64,000 nucleotides of DNA from a bacterium. Lineage in GTDB: Bacteria > SM23-31. Under the pieces are notes generated by a model. That model was not told the origin of the DNA and made no database searches. It was given only the letters and a program-made list of their open reading frames with translations. Location of the stretch: contig OZ252239.1 in NCBI GenBank assembly GCA_965249485.1, positions 2,016,001-2,080,000 on the forward strand. Reading direction: 5' to 3'. Position numbers and translations under genes: made by a program. Shown here piece after piece: positions 1 through 8,187 of this stretch (positions are counted from its first letter, which is position 1; each line of letters opens with the position of its first letter).

Positions 1-1218
1 CTGCCAATCCGGACCTAAAGGACTGATCCTTGGGGCATTTCTTCCTTTTCCTGCTGCATGTAAGTCGAGTGTGAACTGGGTTTTATCAGGATCTAATTCT
101 TTGTAAAAGAGTTGTCTATTTACATAAATAAGCCCTTCATCTTCAATGTATCGCTTAAGGATCTCAAATGTTTCACCAGCGGTACGGCCCACTTTTATAT
201 TATCTTCTAAAACCTTGCGAATTGTCAAAGCGTCTGTCCAGAGTTTTTTGATTTTTGGAGGCGGTTCAGTCTCACCTTCACGGAGTATGTAGCCGTAGAT
301 CCACACTACCTCAAAGAAATTTCCGAATTTCCATTCAAAGTTATTATAGGTTTCTTGTTGGCCCATCTCTAACTTAATCAGGTCACCTCTTTGCAGTACA
401 TAATCTTTATTATTGTTTCTATCACCGTCCTGACTCCAATAGGTATCACCTCCTTCAAGATCACCGAATTTGGTTACTCCGGGAACAATTTTATCAAAAT
501 CACTCTCCAAAGATTCTGAAATCCACTCACGCATTTTTTTGAATAACACTATTTCGCTCTCAACACCTCTCGATATGAAATCCATTATCAGATATTCGGC
601 AGAGACCATTCTCTCAGCATATTTATCTCCAAGTGCTTTGACCAAAAGATTGTAATCAGTATATGAAATCCCATCGGATCGCGGTCTTTCAGCAAGGGGA
701 GTTCCAAGTTTTTCCAGATAATTCACACCTATACGTTTGGGATCTCGTTTGGCAACAAACTCTCCGACACCCTTAAATCGATGGTCTAATTCTGTTTCCG
801 GGCCACCCGGCATCTCGACTCGTGAACCTTCCTCATTGATTATATCGTAGAATCCGCTTTCCCGAATAAGTTCGGAACTCCGACCGAAAAAAGCACGTTC
901 GATCCTGTCACCACCACGGTCCGTAAAAATAAATACACCGGAGTTACTACCAAGATCAGCACCAATGGGATCGGGGTTTAATTCTCTCATTACTTGAATC
1001 CACATGTCGATTTTGTTCTCCCGCATGATGTGCGGTAGAATTATGTCTAACTTGTCCTTGCGAATTTGATTCTGCAGTTCAAAAAGATCGGCTTCTTCCA
1101 GAGCCTGAACATTAGTCATAGCCGTATCAGTTGCTACTGAATCGGCCACTTCCGGACTGCAGAAGGTCAGAAATAAAGACAAAGATACAATCGCATTTAA
1201 AACGTGTCGAGTAAACAT
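1..1218 (-). CDS. Secreted or lipoprotein M24 (Xaa-Pro peptidase-like) family paralogue; runs off the left edge of the window
   Basis: Not in the ORF track because no stop falls in the window. ATG at 1218 with AAGGAG RBS; manual translation MFTRHVLNAIVSLSLFLTFCS...QIRKDKLDIILPHIMRENKIDMWIQVMRE...IFTDRGGDRIERA...DGISYTDY...YILREGETEPP...DLHAAGKGRNAPRISPLGPDWQ matches the paralogues at 1253-2710 and 61900-63309. Confidence 0.85.
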   Translation of the reverse strand, partial: MFTRHVLNAIVSLSLFLTFCSPEVADSVATDTAMTNVQALEEADLFELQNQIRKDKLDIILPHIMRENKIDMWIQVMRELNPDPIGADLGSNSGVFIFTDRGGDRIERAFFGRSSELIRESGFYDIINEEGSRVEMPGGPETELDHRFKGVGEFVAKRDPKRIGVNYLEKLGTPLAERPRSDGISYTDYNLLVKALGDKYAERMVSAEYLIMDFISRGVESEIVLFKKMREWISESLESDFDKIVPGVTKFGDLEGGDTYWSQDGDRNNNKDYVLQRGDLIKLEMGQQETYNNFEWKFGNFFEVVWIYGYILREGETEPPPKIKKLWTDALTIRKVLEDNIKVGRTAGETFEILKRYIEDEGLIYVNRQLFYKELDPDKTQFTLDLHAAGKGRNAPRISPLGPDWQ

Positions 1219-1252
1219 ATATAGAATCTCCTTTATGATGCTTGCTCTAAGC

Positions 1253-2710
1253 TCAATGGATCAGTAAGATTTTCTCATTTGGCGGATGAAGAAATTCAAC
1301 CCCCCGGCTCGATACAATGTGGTTTCCTTCAATATTGATGACAGTCGGATATCCGGGTCTTTCAGGAAGGTTCGTACTGATCACATATTCGAATGAAAAA
1401 AGATGATTTTCTTGAACCGGCAAGTGATCCCGGTCTGACCGAAATGCTGAAATCGAAGGTCCAACAGTCACCAAAGTGCCCCCATGATTGCCCTGACTAT
1501 GAAGGTCAACAAAAAAACCTGATTTTTCAGTATTTGCAAGTATCTTCTGTAAATTTAAATAATCATCCGGAGATCTATCACTAAAAGGTGTATATAAATA
1601 GCCAGCGTCTTGCAAGGCTATGTTGATATTACTCAATGTTTCTCCGGCGGTTATGCCTACTTTGATTTGTTTCCGAATAATCTTTCGGGCTTCTATTGCA
1701 CGATCAAAAGCATGCTGCAAATTCTTTGGAACACTTGTTTCCCCTTCCCTCATAATATAGGCATTAAGTTTATAATCTGTCGAAAAGTAGTCAAGATATC
1801 GTACTCCGTTATCAAACTGCATAAAATCCCCCCGCTGCAATACATATTGAGGTGAGTTTGATGATGAAAAACTGCCCCGACTTGATGGAAGGCCCCGCGT
1901 TTCGGGTTGATCTGAAACGGCTGAATAGAGAACTACCGGAGTACCTGCCCCGGTACTGTATCCTTGTGTTAATCCCCGCTTGAAAAATTCCTTTTTAACC
2001 CACCAGCCTACATCTTCTAATGTTGTTACACCCGGCGTTATAATTTCATTCGATAAAGAACGTTCAAGAATCTGACGATGTATCTCAAGCGCATTCGTCA
2101 TGAGAGTAACTTCCCTGAGAATCCGTCTTGAACGATAATCGGTGATAACTCTTTCTGCAGAGATAATCCTCTCTGAATATTTCGGTCCTAATATCTTTTC
2201 CAGTTTTATATATTGTGTATACGATATCCCATCTGCTATAGCGAGCCAGTCGGAAAAATTTACTGCGATTGTATTCGGGTCACGCTCCGCAACAAATTGA
2301 GTTATTTCGTCGTAAACTGAAAAGTCCTGAGTGTTATAATCATATCCGGTAATTGCCCGGGAAAGTTCGTGAGAACCATAGATATCAAAATCTAAAGCTC
2401 CGGCGCCGCCAAAACCACCGCCAAACGAGGCCCGCTCGATCCTGTCTCCAAGGTCGGTAAATATCATATAACCGGACGTATTCCCAAACTCCCGAAACAT
2501 TGGATCTTGATCTCCGGCACGTGTGACATGGATCCACATGTCCACATTATTATCCCGCATAGCTCCCGGCAATATCAGGTCACGTTTTTCGTTGCGAATA
2601 AGTTGGAGAACTTCGGAACCGGTTTTTGCGGTATGTACACCAGGCTGTGCATAGGTATTTGGTACTGTGAACAGCATAGCTATTAAGAATATCATAACTC
2701 TAGATAGCAT
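1253..2710 (-). CDS. Secreted M24 (Xaa-Pro aminopeptidase-like) metallopeptidase
   Basis: Signal peptide; ITPGVTT motif; candidate metal ligands D..D (FDNG...STD), H (DLHSQG), E (FSFEY), E (NIEG); GAGAGG RBS. Confidence 0.8.
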   Translation of the reverse strand: MLSRVMIFLIAMLFTVPNTYAQPGVHTAKTGSEVLQLIRNEKRDLILPGAMRDNNVDMWIHVTRAGDQDPMFREFGNTSGYMIFTDLGDRIERASFGGGFGGAGALDFDIYGSHELSRAITGYDYNTQDFSVYDEITQFVAERDPNTIAVNFSDWLAIADGISYTQYIKLEKILGPKYSERIISAERVITDYRSRRILREVTLMTNALEIHRQILERSLSNEIITPGVTTLEDVGWWVKKEFFKRGLTQGYSTGAGTPVVLYSAVSDQPETRGLPSSRGSFSSSNSPQYVLQRGDFMQFDNGVRYLDYFSTDYKLNAYIMREGETSVPKNLQHAFDRAIEARKIIRKQIKVGITAGETLSNINIALQDAGYLYTPFSDRSPDDYLNLQKILANTEKSGFFVDLHSQGNHGGTLVTVGPSISAFRSDRDHLPVQENHLFSFEYVISTNLPERPGYPTVINIEGNHIVSSRGVEFLHPPNEKILLIH

Positions 2711-2824
2711 AACGTTTTCCTCTCATTGATTTACTTACTTTGTGTGGGAGATAGGGTGGGGGGCATTGCATAACGGATACAATCAGCACTCACATAATTA
2801 GCTATAAGTCTAATAAAAACATTG

Positions 2825-2897
2825 TGCGCCATCAGGGGATCGAACCCCGAACCTTCGGATTAAGAGTCCGCTGCTCTACCAGTTGAGCTAATGGCGC
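2825..2897 (-). tRNA. tRNA-Lys(CTT)
   Basis: Reverse complement GCGCCATTAGCTCAACTGGTAGAGCAGCGGACTCTTAATCCGAAGGTTCGGGGTTCGATCCCCTGATGGCGCA folds as a cloverleaf; anticodon loop CT-CTT-AA; CCA not encoded. Confidence 0.96.
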
Positions 2898-3050
2898 AAG
2901 GATTTTAAAAGTGTCTATAGTCTCTACACGTAAACCTTCTCACTTTTCTCTAAATTTATAATACTCAGTCACTTATAATTCTAAGATGATGGGTGTTGTT
3001 ATTGTTATATCAGATGAGAATCAGAGTTCTTTTTAATTTTTGGGCAATCC

Positions 3051-3079
3051 AATATATCATTTTTTAAAGAGACATTCAA
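3051..3079 (-). promoter_or_regulatory. Sigma70-type promoter for tRNA-Lys and possibly the M24 genes
   Basis: TTGAAT-17 nt-TATATT with extended -10 TG on the minus strand. Confidence 0.55.
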
Positions 3080-3653
3080 GAATATTTAGAAGCAAATTAA
3101 TTTCTATCATTTTAACCGATCCGTTGTAGGTGTAAACAGAATAAAGTATAATAAATAATTGATAGCTTATGAGCGTATACAATAGTTAACATTAACAATT
3201 AGGTTAAATACCAATTGATTTAGAAAGGATAACTGATTACACTGATACTATTGAATATTATTAAAGGAAAATTTATAGATAAATCTCCTGATGATTTCTC
3301 GATAAACATCCGTGAACGTAACGCCTGAGAATGATAATAGTAAATCTTTGATGTCTTTTAATTCAGGCGATCTCAAATGCGGATCGTTTTCCTGCCTGAC
3401 TCAATGTAAATCGGTCAAAATACTCATCCCGATTAATTGCACTTATCTGAACAGTTTTTGGTACAATTGCACAAATTTATTACTATAGTTTATCTTGATC
3501 ACATTGTTTAGTTATTGTTTTTAATAAACTTGTGAAGATTTCGGTGTAATGGCATGCATTTTGTACAATTAACGATGATGTGTTGTATCGACAATCGTGT
3601 TACATCCATTAATCCTCAATGTAATGTATACCAGTTTTTTACATAGTAGTAAC

Positions 3654-3669
3654 TGTGATATAACGCACA
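3654..3669. promoter_or_regulatory. CRP-family binding site (upstream, one mismatch)
   Basis: TGTGA-TATAAC-GCACA. Confidence 0.5.
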
Positions 3670-3692
3670 TACTATCATTGAAAATAGGATTG

Positions 3693-3735
3693 TGTGATAT
3701 GTCTCACACTTTTTTATGAAATAATTTGTTATATT
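3693..3735 (+). promoter_or_regulatory. CRP-family box plus extended -10 (class II activated promoter geometry)
   Basis: Perfect TGTGA-TATGTC-TCACA at 3693-3708; TG-T-TATATT at 3727-3735; box centre is 41.5 nt upstream of the implied start at about 3742. Confidence 0.65.
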
Positions 3736-3927
3736 GTCAGCGCATGGAATTGAGACCTTAATTGCAACAATGGCGCTGTTGTATTGTTCTTTTTAGCAAT
3801 CTTCCAAACGTGACTCAAAATGTACATATTCAATGCAGTTCGATTTATGAAATTATACTATTCTTAGGTCACTATGAATTAACCAAATTGGTAAACCGAA
3901 CAAACACTTAAACATAGGGAGGTGCGT

Positions 3928-4722
3928 ATGAGCACACCTTTAATTTATCGAATCGCAATACTACTTATTATGGTATTTGCGGTGTCAATGCCCGTATCAC
4001 TTATGGGTCAACAAACACCCCCAGGGGGTGAATATGAGCAGCCAGATTTTGCTGTTGTTGAAGAGCTGCTGAATGAACTCGGTGCCAATAAAGACCCCTT
4101 TGTAATTGCCGCGCTCTTAAGGGGCAATTTTGATAGACTGAATGGAGCTACTGTAGCGGAGTTTCTTATGAAATTGGGAGGCGCACCTCACGAATTCCTG
4201 ATGGAAGAACTCGGGAATGCGGTTGAGAACCAGCCTGGTTCCCGACCAATGGAGGATATCCTGAGTGAAATCCTGAATGCTCCACCTGGAAGTTTTCAAC
4301 CTCCGGCAGGTGAACATTATCCTCCTCCAGGCGGCGATATGCCCCCAGGTGGCGATATGCCTCCGGGCGGTAATTACCCGCCTCCAGGTGGTGATATGCC
4401 TCCAGGTGGTCAGTATCCACCCCCTGGCGGTGACATGCCTCCAGGCGGTGCAGGACAGTATGATGAGCCTGAAGTACCCGATTTTGCCCTTGTTGATGAA
4501 TTGCTGAGCCAAACCGGTGATCAGCGGGATCCTGTATTTATTGCGAATTTGTTCAGGCAAAATCTTGACAGATTGAATGGTGCAACAGTAGCCGAGTTTT
4601 TGATGAAGCTGGGCGGAACACCTCATCAACACCTTATGGAAGAGCTGGGGATGGCTGCTGACAATCAACAGGGCGCACGGCCGATGGAAGATGTTATTCG
4701 AGATATATTAAATCAGAATTAA
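3928..4722 (+). CDS. Secreted hypothetical protein with two 79-aa duplicated domains joined by a PPGG-repeat linker
   Basis: GGGAGG RBS before ATG 3928; hydrophobic signal peptide; domain copies at 4042-4278 and 4477-4713 differ largely at synonymous positions in their core. Confidence 0.9.
   Translation: MSTPLIYRIAILLIMVFAVSMPVSLMGQQTPPGGEYEQPDFAVVEELLNELGANKDPFVIAALLRGNFDRLNGATVAEFLMKLGGAPHEFLMEELGNAVENQPGSRPMEDILSEILNAPPGSFQPPAGEHYPPPGGDMPPGGDMPPGGNYPPPGGDMPPGGQYPPPGGDMPPGGAGQYDEPEVPDFALVDELLSQTGDQRDPVFIANLFRQNLDRLNGATVAEFLMKLGGTPHQHLMEELGMAADNQQGARPMEDVIRDILNQN
4321..4449 (+). repeat. Coding tandem repeat (PPGGDM / PPGG[NQ]YP units, 18-21 nt)
   Basis: Repeated CCNCCNGGNGGNGAYATG with degenerate third positions. 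Confidence 0.9.
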
Positions 4723-4760
4723 GCATTGTAATTGTCATATTATTATACGTAATTGTATGC

Positions 4761-4796
4761 CATCGGTATGAGGGACTATGTGTCCTCATACCGGTG
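4761..4796 (+). terminator. Stem-loop after the PPGG gene (terminator or RNA-stabilising hairpin)
   Basis: CATCGGTATGAGGGAC...GTCCTCATACCGGTG inverted repeat; no clear U tract. Confidence 0.5.
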
Positions 4797-4837
4797 TCGT
4801 ACAGGATATCTTCAACCCAGTTAATATTTCGAAATGT

Positions 4838-4874
4838 ATAAAATCTCTCACCATGTACATGGGAGAGATTTTAT
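4838..4874. repeat. Near-perfect 37-nt palindrome
   Basis: ATAAAATCTCTC-A-CCATGTACATGG-GAGAGATTTTAT. Confidence 0.7.
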
Positions 4875-4910
4875 GCTTGAGATGTATTCCCATTCTATTA
4901 CCATGTTACC

Positions 4911-7685
4911 ATGAGTAATTTACTGACAGCAATTTCATCTAAAGAGCGCGCAAAATTTTTTTACTCCTGTTTTGGTTTCATGTGCGTTACTTCTGCGGCA
5001 CTCTTAGGCCGTACGGTGGGAGATACGCTTTTTCTCAGCAGATTTGGTTTCGATTATCTGGCATATATGTATGTCGGCACTGCTCTCATAGTCGGAAGTG
5101 TATTATATTTTTTTGGTATAATGGCTGGAAAAATGCCGCTCGAAAGACTCATAGTCTATACTTCTCTCATGCTAATACTGGTAGTGCTGGGATTGAGAAT
5201 AGGCCTTGCATTTCCCTGGGGCGGATTCAGTGTTGCAGCGTATCTGGTTGCCGATCTGCTCGTGTATTATCCGATGCTACTTTTTTGGAGTTTTTCAGCT
5301 CTGATATTTGATCCTCGTGAAGCAAAGCGATTATTTGGCTATATCGGCGCAGCCGGGACGGCCGCCTGTATTATTGCAGGTTATAGTATTCGTCCTTTGT
5401 CTGCGAGTTTCGGAACGGCAAATCTTTTTATTCTCATTTCGCTCCTCGTAGCTGGATTTATATTTGCCACAGTCCGCTTGTCCCAATTTAAAGCGGGTCC
5501 TTCACCTGCGGATAAGAGCAGTGGAAAAGCACACGTTAATACTAGTAATGTTTCGTTGATGTTCAAGTCAGATCAAATTCGGACACTTGCTTTTCTTGTA
5601 TTGGCTGGTACGGTTGCTCTCATCCTGACTGATTTTCAATTTAAGGCAGTGGCGCAGCAGGAATATATCGGCACCGATCTTGCGGGATTTTTTGGTACTT
5701 TTTATGCCGCAGCAAATGTTGTAGCGCTCTGCATTCAACTCTTTCTTGTACACCTTATTTTTCAGCGAGGTGGACTCTTGTTTGCGCTCCGAATACTCCC
5801 AATCGGATTATTCATTACGTCAGTGATTACCGTAATAACAGGTACTTTTGGCTGGATCATTGCCTCAAAATTTCTCATTCAGATATTCGCATTTACTATC
5901 GATATAATTGCACTTCAGTTATTATATCTTGGTGTTAAAAAGCAGTCCCGAAGCAGGGCACGCGTGTTTATTGATGGTCTTCTGAAACCCGGAGCGATTG
6001 CAGTTACCGGAATTGCAATGATTATTCTGAGTAGAGTAATGCCGATTCACTATCTGGCGTTGGGTTGTGCCGTAGTAACTTCCTTATGGTTTATTATATC
6101 AAAAATGAGCCACACTGCATATCTGACATCACTACTGGAATCTCTGGGAAGTAAAAGGTTCGATATGTCTCAGGAATCTGTTTCAATACACGACAAAGAA
6201 TTTGAAAATAGTGTCAGAAATATACTTATGGCAACACCTGATGATGAACTGCCTTATATTCTTGATCTTGTTTATGAGATGAGTCAGATTGATTGGGCAC
6301 CAGAATTTAGAGAACTGCTAAATCGGGAAAGTGCAGAGGCAAAGAAAGCGGCAATACAATATCTGGAAAGTAAAGGAAATGCCGACGATCTGAGCAATAT
6401 CATATCCTATATCAACCATCCTGATGCATCGGTTCGTGCAGTAACAATATCCGCTGTCTGCACATTAGGTGAAGACGAAACATGTGAAACAATTATACCA
6501 TATCTTGAAGATCACGATCTTCCAGTTCGCATTGCTGCAATATCCGGTTTCATGACTCGTGATAATTCGGACTATTTACAAAAAGCACGGAAGCAACTGA
6601 ATGCTCTGCTGGAATCGGACAATTTTGAAGAACGTATTGCAGCAGCCCAAATATTTGCACAAATTCCTTTCGATGATAACATTCAGGATTTTACCAATCT
6701 TTTGAGTGACCCGAATTTTTCAGTTCGCATTGCTGCGCTACATGCATGCAAAGGGAGGTTTCATGCACAATTAATTGCCCCGATTTTTTCGCAGCTGGCA
6801 GAAAAAAGCACCGCGGCTGAAGCGGCAAAAATTCTGGTCTCATTTAAAAATAGCGTTGTTGAAAATCTTAATTCAACGTTAGAATCGAATATTCATACAG
6901 TGTCTTTTGAAGGTGTTTATTATATTCCTTCAATTCTTGCTAAGATTGGCGATTCAGCGAGTTTACCTGTTCTCAGCAGTGCATGCGAATCGTCGAACAT
7001 ACAATTACGGAGTTCGGCGGTTAAGGCATATTGTAAACTGATTCAAAATGAGTTATCGGTTACACCGTATAGTGAAGAACTCAAGAATGCAGTATTACGT
7101 GAAAATAATACAGCAGAAGAACAGCGGAATATTCTTGGCAAGGCTGAATCTCCGAATCATTCTCACATGCTTGCTGAAGCATTACGAGAAGACTATAATA
7201 GTATGCTCAAAAATATTTTTTCTTACCTTGACGTTCTGCATCCTGGTGTCGGCATTGAAGCTGTCTACAAGAATCTTATTGGCGGACAGAATGAAAACCG
7301 TGCCAAAGCACTGGAAGCTCTTGACAACCTGCTTGAAGGTGAAGTAAAGACTCGTATTTTGAAACATCTTGAAGCTTCGGATAAAAAATCGATATCAATG
7401 TCTGATGAGGAAGTGAATCGGTTTGTTACACTCTTAGAGGCATACGACTCTGCTTTAATAAAAGCCGGAATCCTCTATGTAATCGGAAAAAACAAACTTA
7501 AGTGTTCAATCAAAACGGTTGTAGATGCATTGGATAACCGTAGCACAATCATAAGAGAGACTGCTCTTCTTGCATTAGGTTCAATTGGTGATCGGGAATT
7601 GGTTCTCAGTACTTCAAATAAACTTATTGACGATTCTCAGCCCGAAATACGAAATCTTGCACAACAGCTCAAAGATACAAGATGA
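4911..7685 (+). CDS. Npt1/Npt2 (TLC ATP/ADP translocase-like) MFS nucleotide transporter fused to HEAT repeats
   Basis: About 12 TM segments in the N-terminal 400 aa with DTLFLSRFG, FDPREAKRLFG, DFQFK and LAGFFGTFY motifs; C-terminal HEAT-like repeats (HPDASVRA, DHDLPVRIAA, DPNFSVRIAA). Confidence 0.85.
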   Translation: MSNLLTAISSKERAKFFYSCFGFMCVTSAALLGRTVGDTLFLSRFGFDYLAYMYVGTALIVGSVLYFFGIMAGKMPLERLIVYTSLMLILVVLGLRIGLAFPWGGFSVAAYLVADLLVYYPMLLFWSFSALIFDPREAKRLFGYIGAAGTAACIIAGYSIRPLSASFGTANLFILISLLVAGFIFATVRLSQFKAGPSPADKSSGKAHVNTSNVSLMFKSDQIRTLAFLVLAGTVALILTDFQFKAVAQQEYIGTDLAGFFGTFYAAANVVALCIQLFLVHLIFQRGGLLFALRILPIGLFITSVITVITGTFGWIIASKFLIQIFAFTIDIIALQLLYLGVKKQSRSRARVFIDGLLKPGAIAVTGIAMIILSRVMPIHYLALGCAVVTSLWFIISKMSHTAYLTSLLESLGSKRFDMSQESVSIHDKEFENSVRNILMATPDDELPYILDLVYEMSQIDWAPEFRELLNRESAEAKKAAIQYLESKGNADDLSNIISYINHPDASVRAVTISAVCTLGEDETCETIIPYLEDHDLPVRIAAISGFMTRDNSDYLQKARKQLNALLESDNFEERIAAAQIFAQIPFDDNIQDFTNLLSDPNFSVRIAALHACKGRFHAQLIAPIFSQLAEKSTAAEAAKILVSFKNSVVENLNSTLESNIHTVSFEGVYYIPSILAKIGDSASLPVLSSACESSNIQLRSSAVKAYCKLIQNELSVTPYSEELKNAVLRENNTAEEQRNILGKAESPNHSHMLAEALREDYNSMLKNIFSYLDVLHPGVGIEAVYKNLIGGQNENRAKALEALDNLLEGEVKTRILKHLEASDKKSISMSDEEVNRFVTLLEAYDSALIKAGILYVIGKNKLKCSIKTVVDALDNRSTIIRETALLALGSIGDRELVLSTSNKLIDDSQPEIRNLAQQLKDTR

Positions 7686-7761
7686 AGTTGCTTTTAATAT
7701 CTTTTAGTGATACAATAATACTTTGTACATAAAATCAACGTGTAAAATCCTGATCTTTATC

Positions 7762-8187
7762 ATGATAATTGTTGAAAAAATTATATTTCTCCGCAATGTT
7801 CATCTCTTTTCCAATATGCCTCTCAGTGGACTTGAACATCTTGCCGGTGCTACGGAAGAGGCTATATACTCAGCTGGTGAATCCATAATCCGGGAAGGCG
7901 AATACGGGGATAGTATGTATCTGATTGTTGATGGAGAGGTCCGAATTCACATAGGTGAGAAAGAGTTGTCAGTGTTCAACGAAAAAGATTATTTTGGCGA
8001 GTTGAGCATTATTGATGGAGAACCCCGTTCTGCGTCAGCGTCGGCACACACTGACTGTCTTCTTTTGAAAATAAACAAAGAAGAATTTAATGAGATATTG
8101 AAGCAACACTCAGATTCTGCATTGGCTATAATTCAGGCTCTTACTCGTGATCTTCGCAACGAAAGGAGTAAAAAAACTCATGAATAA
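7762..8187 (+). CDS. Stand-alone cyclic nucleotide-binding domain protein
   Basis: GESIIREGEYGDSMYLIVDGEV and phosphate-binding cassette FGELSIIDGEPRSASA; no C-terminal HTH. The ORF track starts at TTG 7723; ATG 7762 is more likely. Confidence 0.9.
   Translation: MIIVEKIIFLRNVHLFSNMPLSGLEHLAGATEEAIYSAGESIIREGEYGDSMYLIVDGEVRIHIGEKELSVFNEKDYFGELSIIDGEPRSASASAHTDCLLLKINKEEFNEILKQHSDSALAIIQALTRDLRNERSKKTHE

Noticed and set aside
2711..2897. Integrative element at tRNA-Lys (likewise at tRNA-Ser)
   Set aside because: No integrase, transposase or duplicated tRNA 3' end (att site) visible in the window, so no mobile element is called.
3248..3427. Minus-strand reading MSILTDLH*VRQENDPHLRSPELKDIKDLLLSFSG... 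as a possible gene remnant
   Set aside because: Short, interrupted, and no recognisable family motif.
3550..3565. Possible sigma-54 promoter TGGCAT-GCATT-TTGTA
   Set aside because: The -12 element lacks the conserved GC, and a better-supported CRP/extended -10 promoter lies downstream.
4321..4449. Tandem repeats as a CRISPR array or non-coding VNTR
   Set aside because: No unique spacers; variation sits in third codon positions, so it is a protein repeat.
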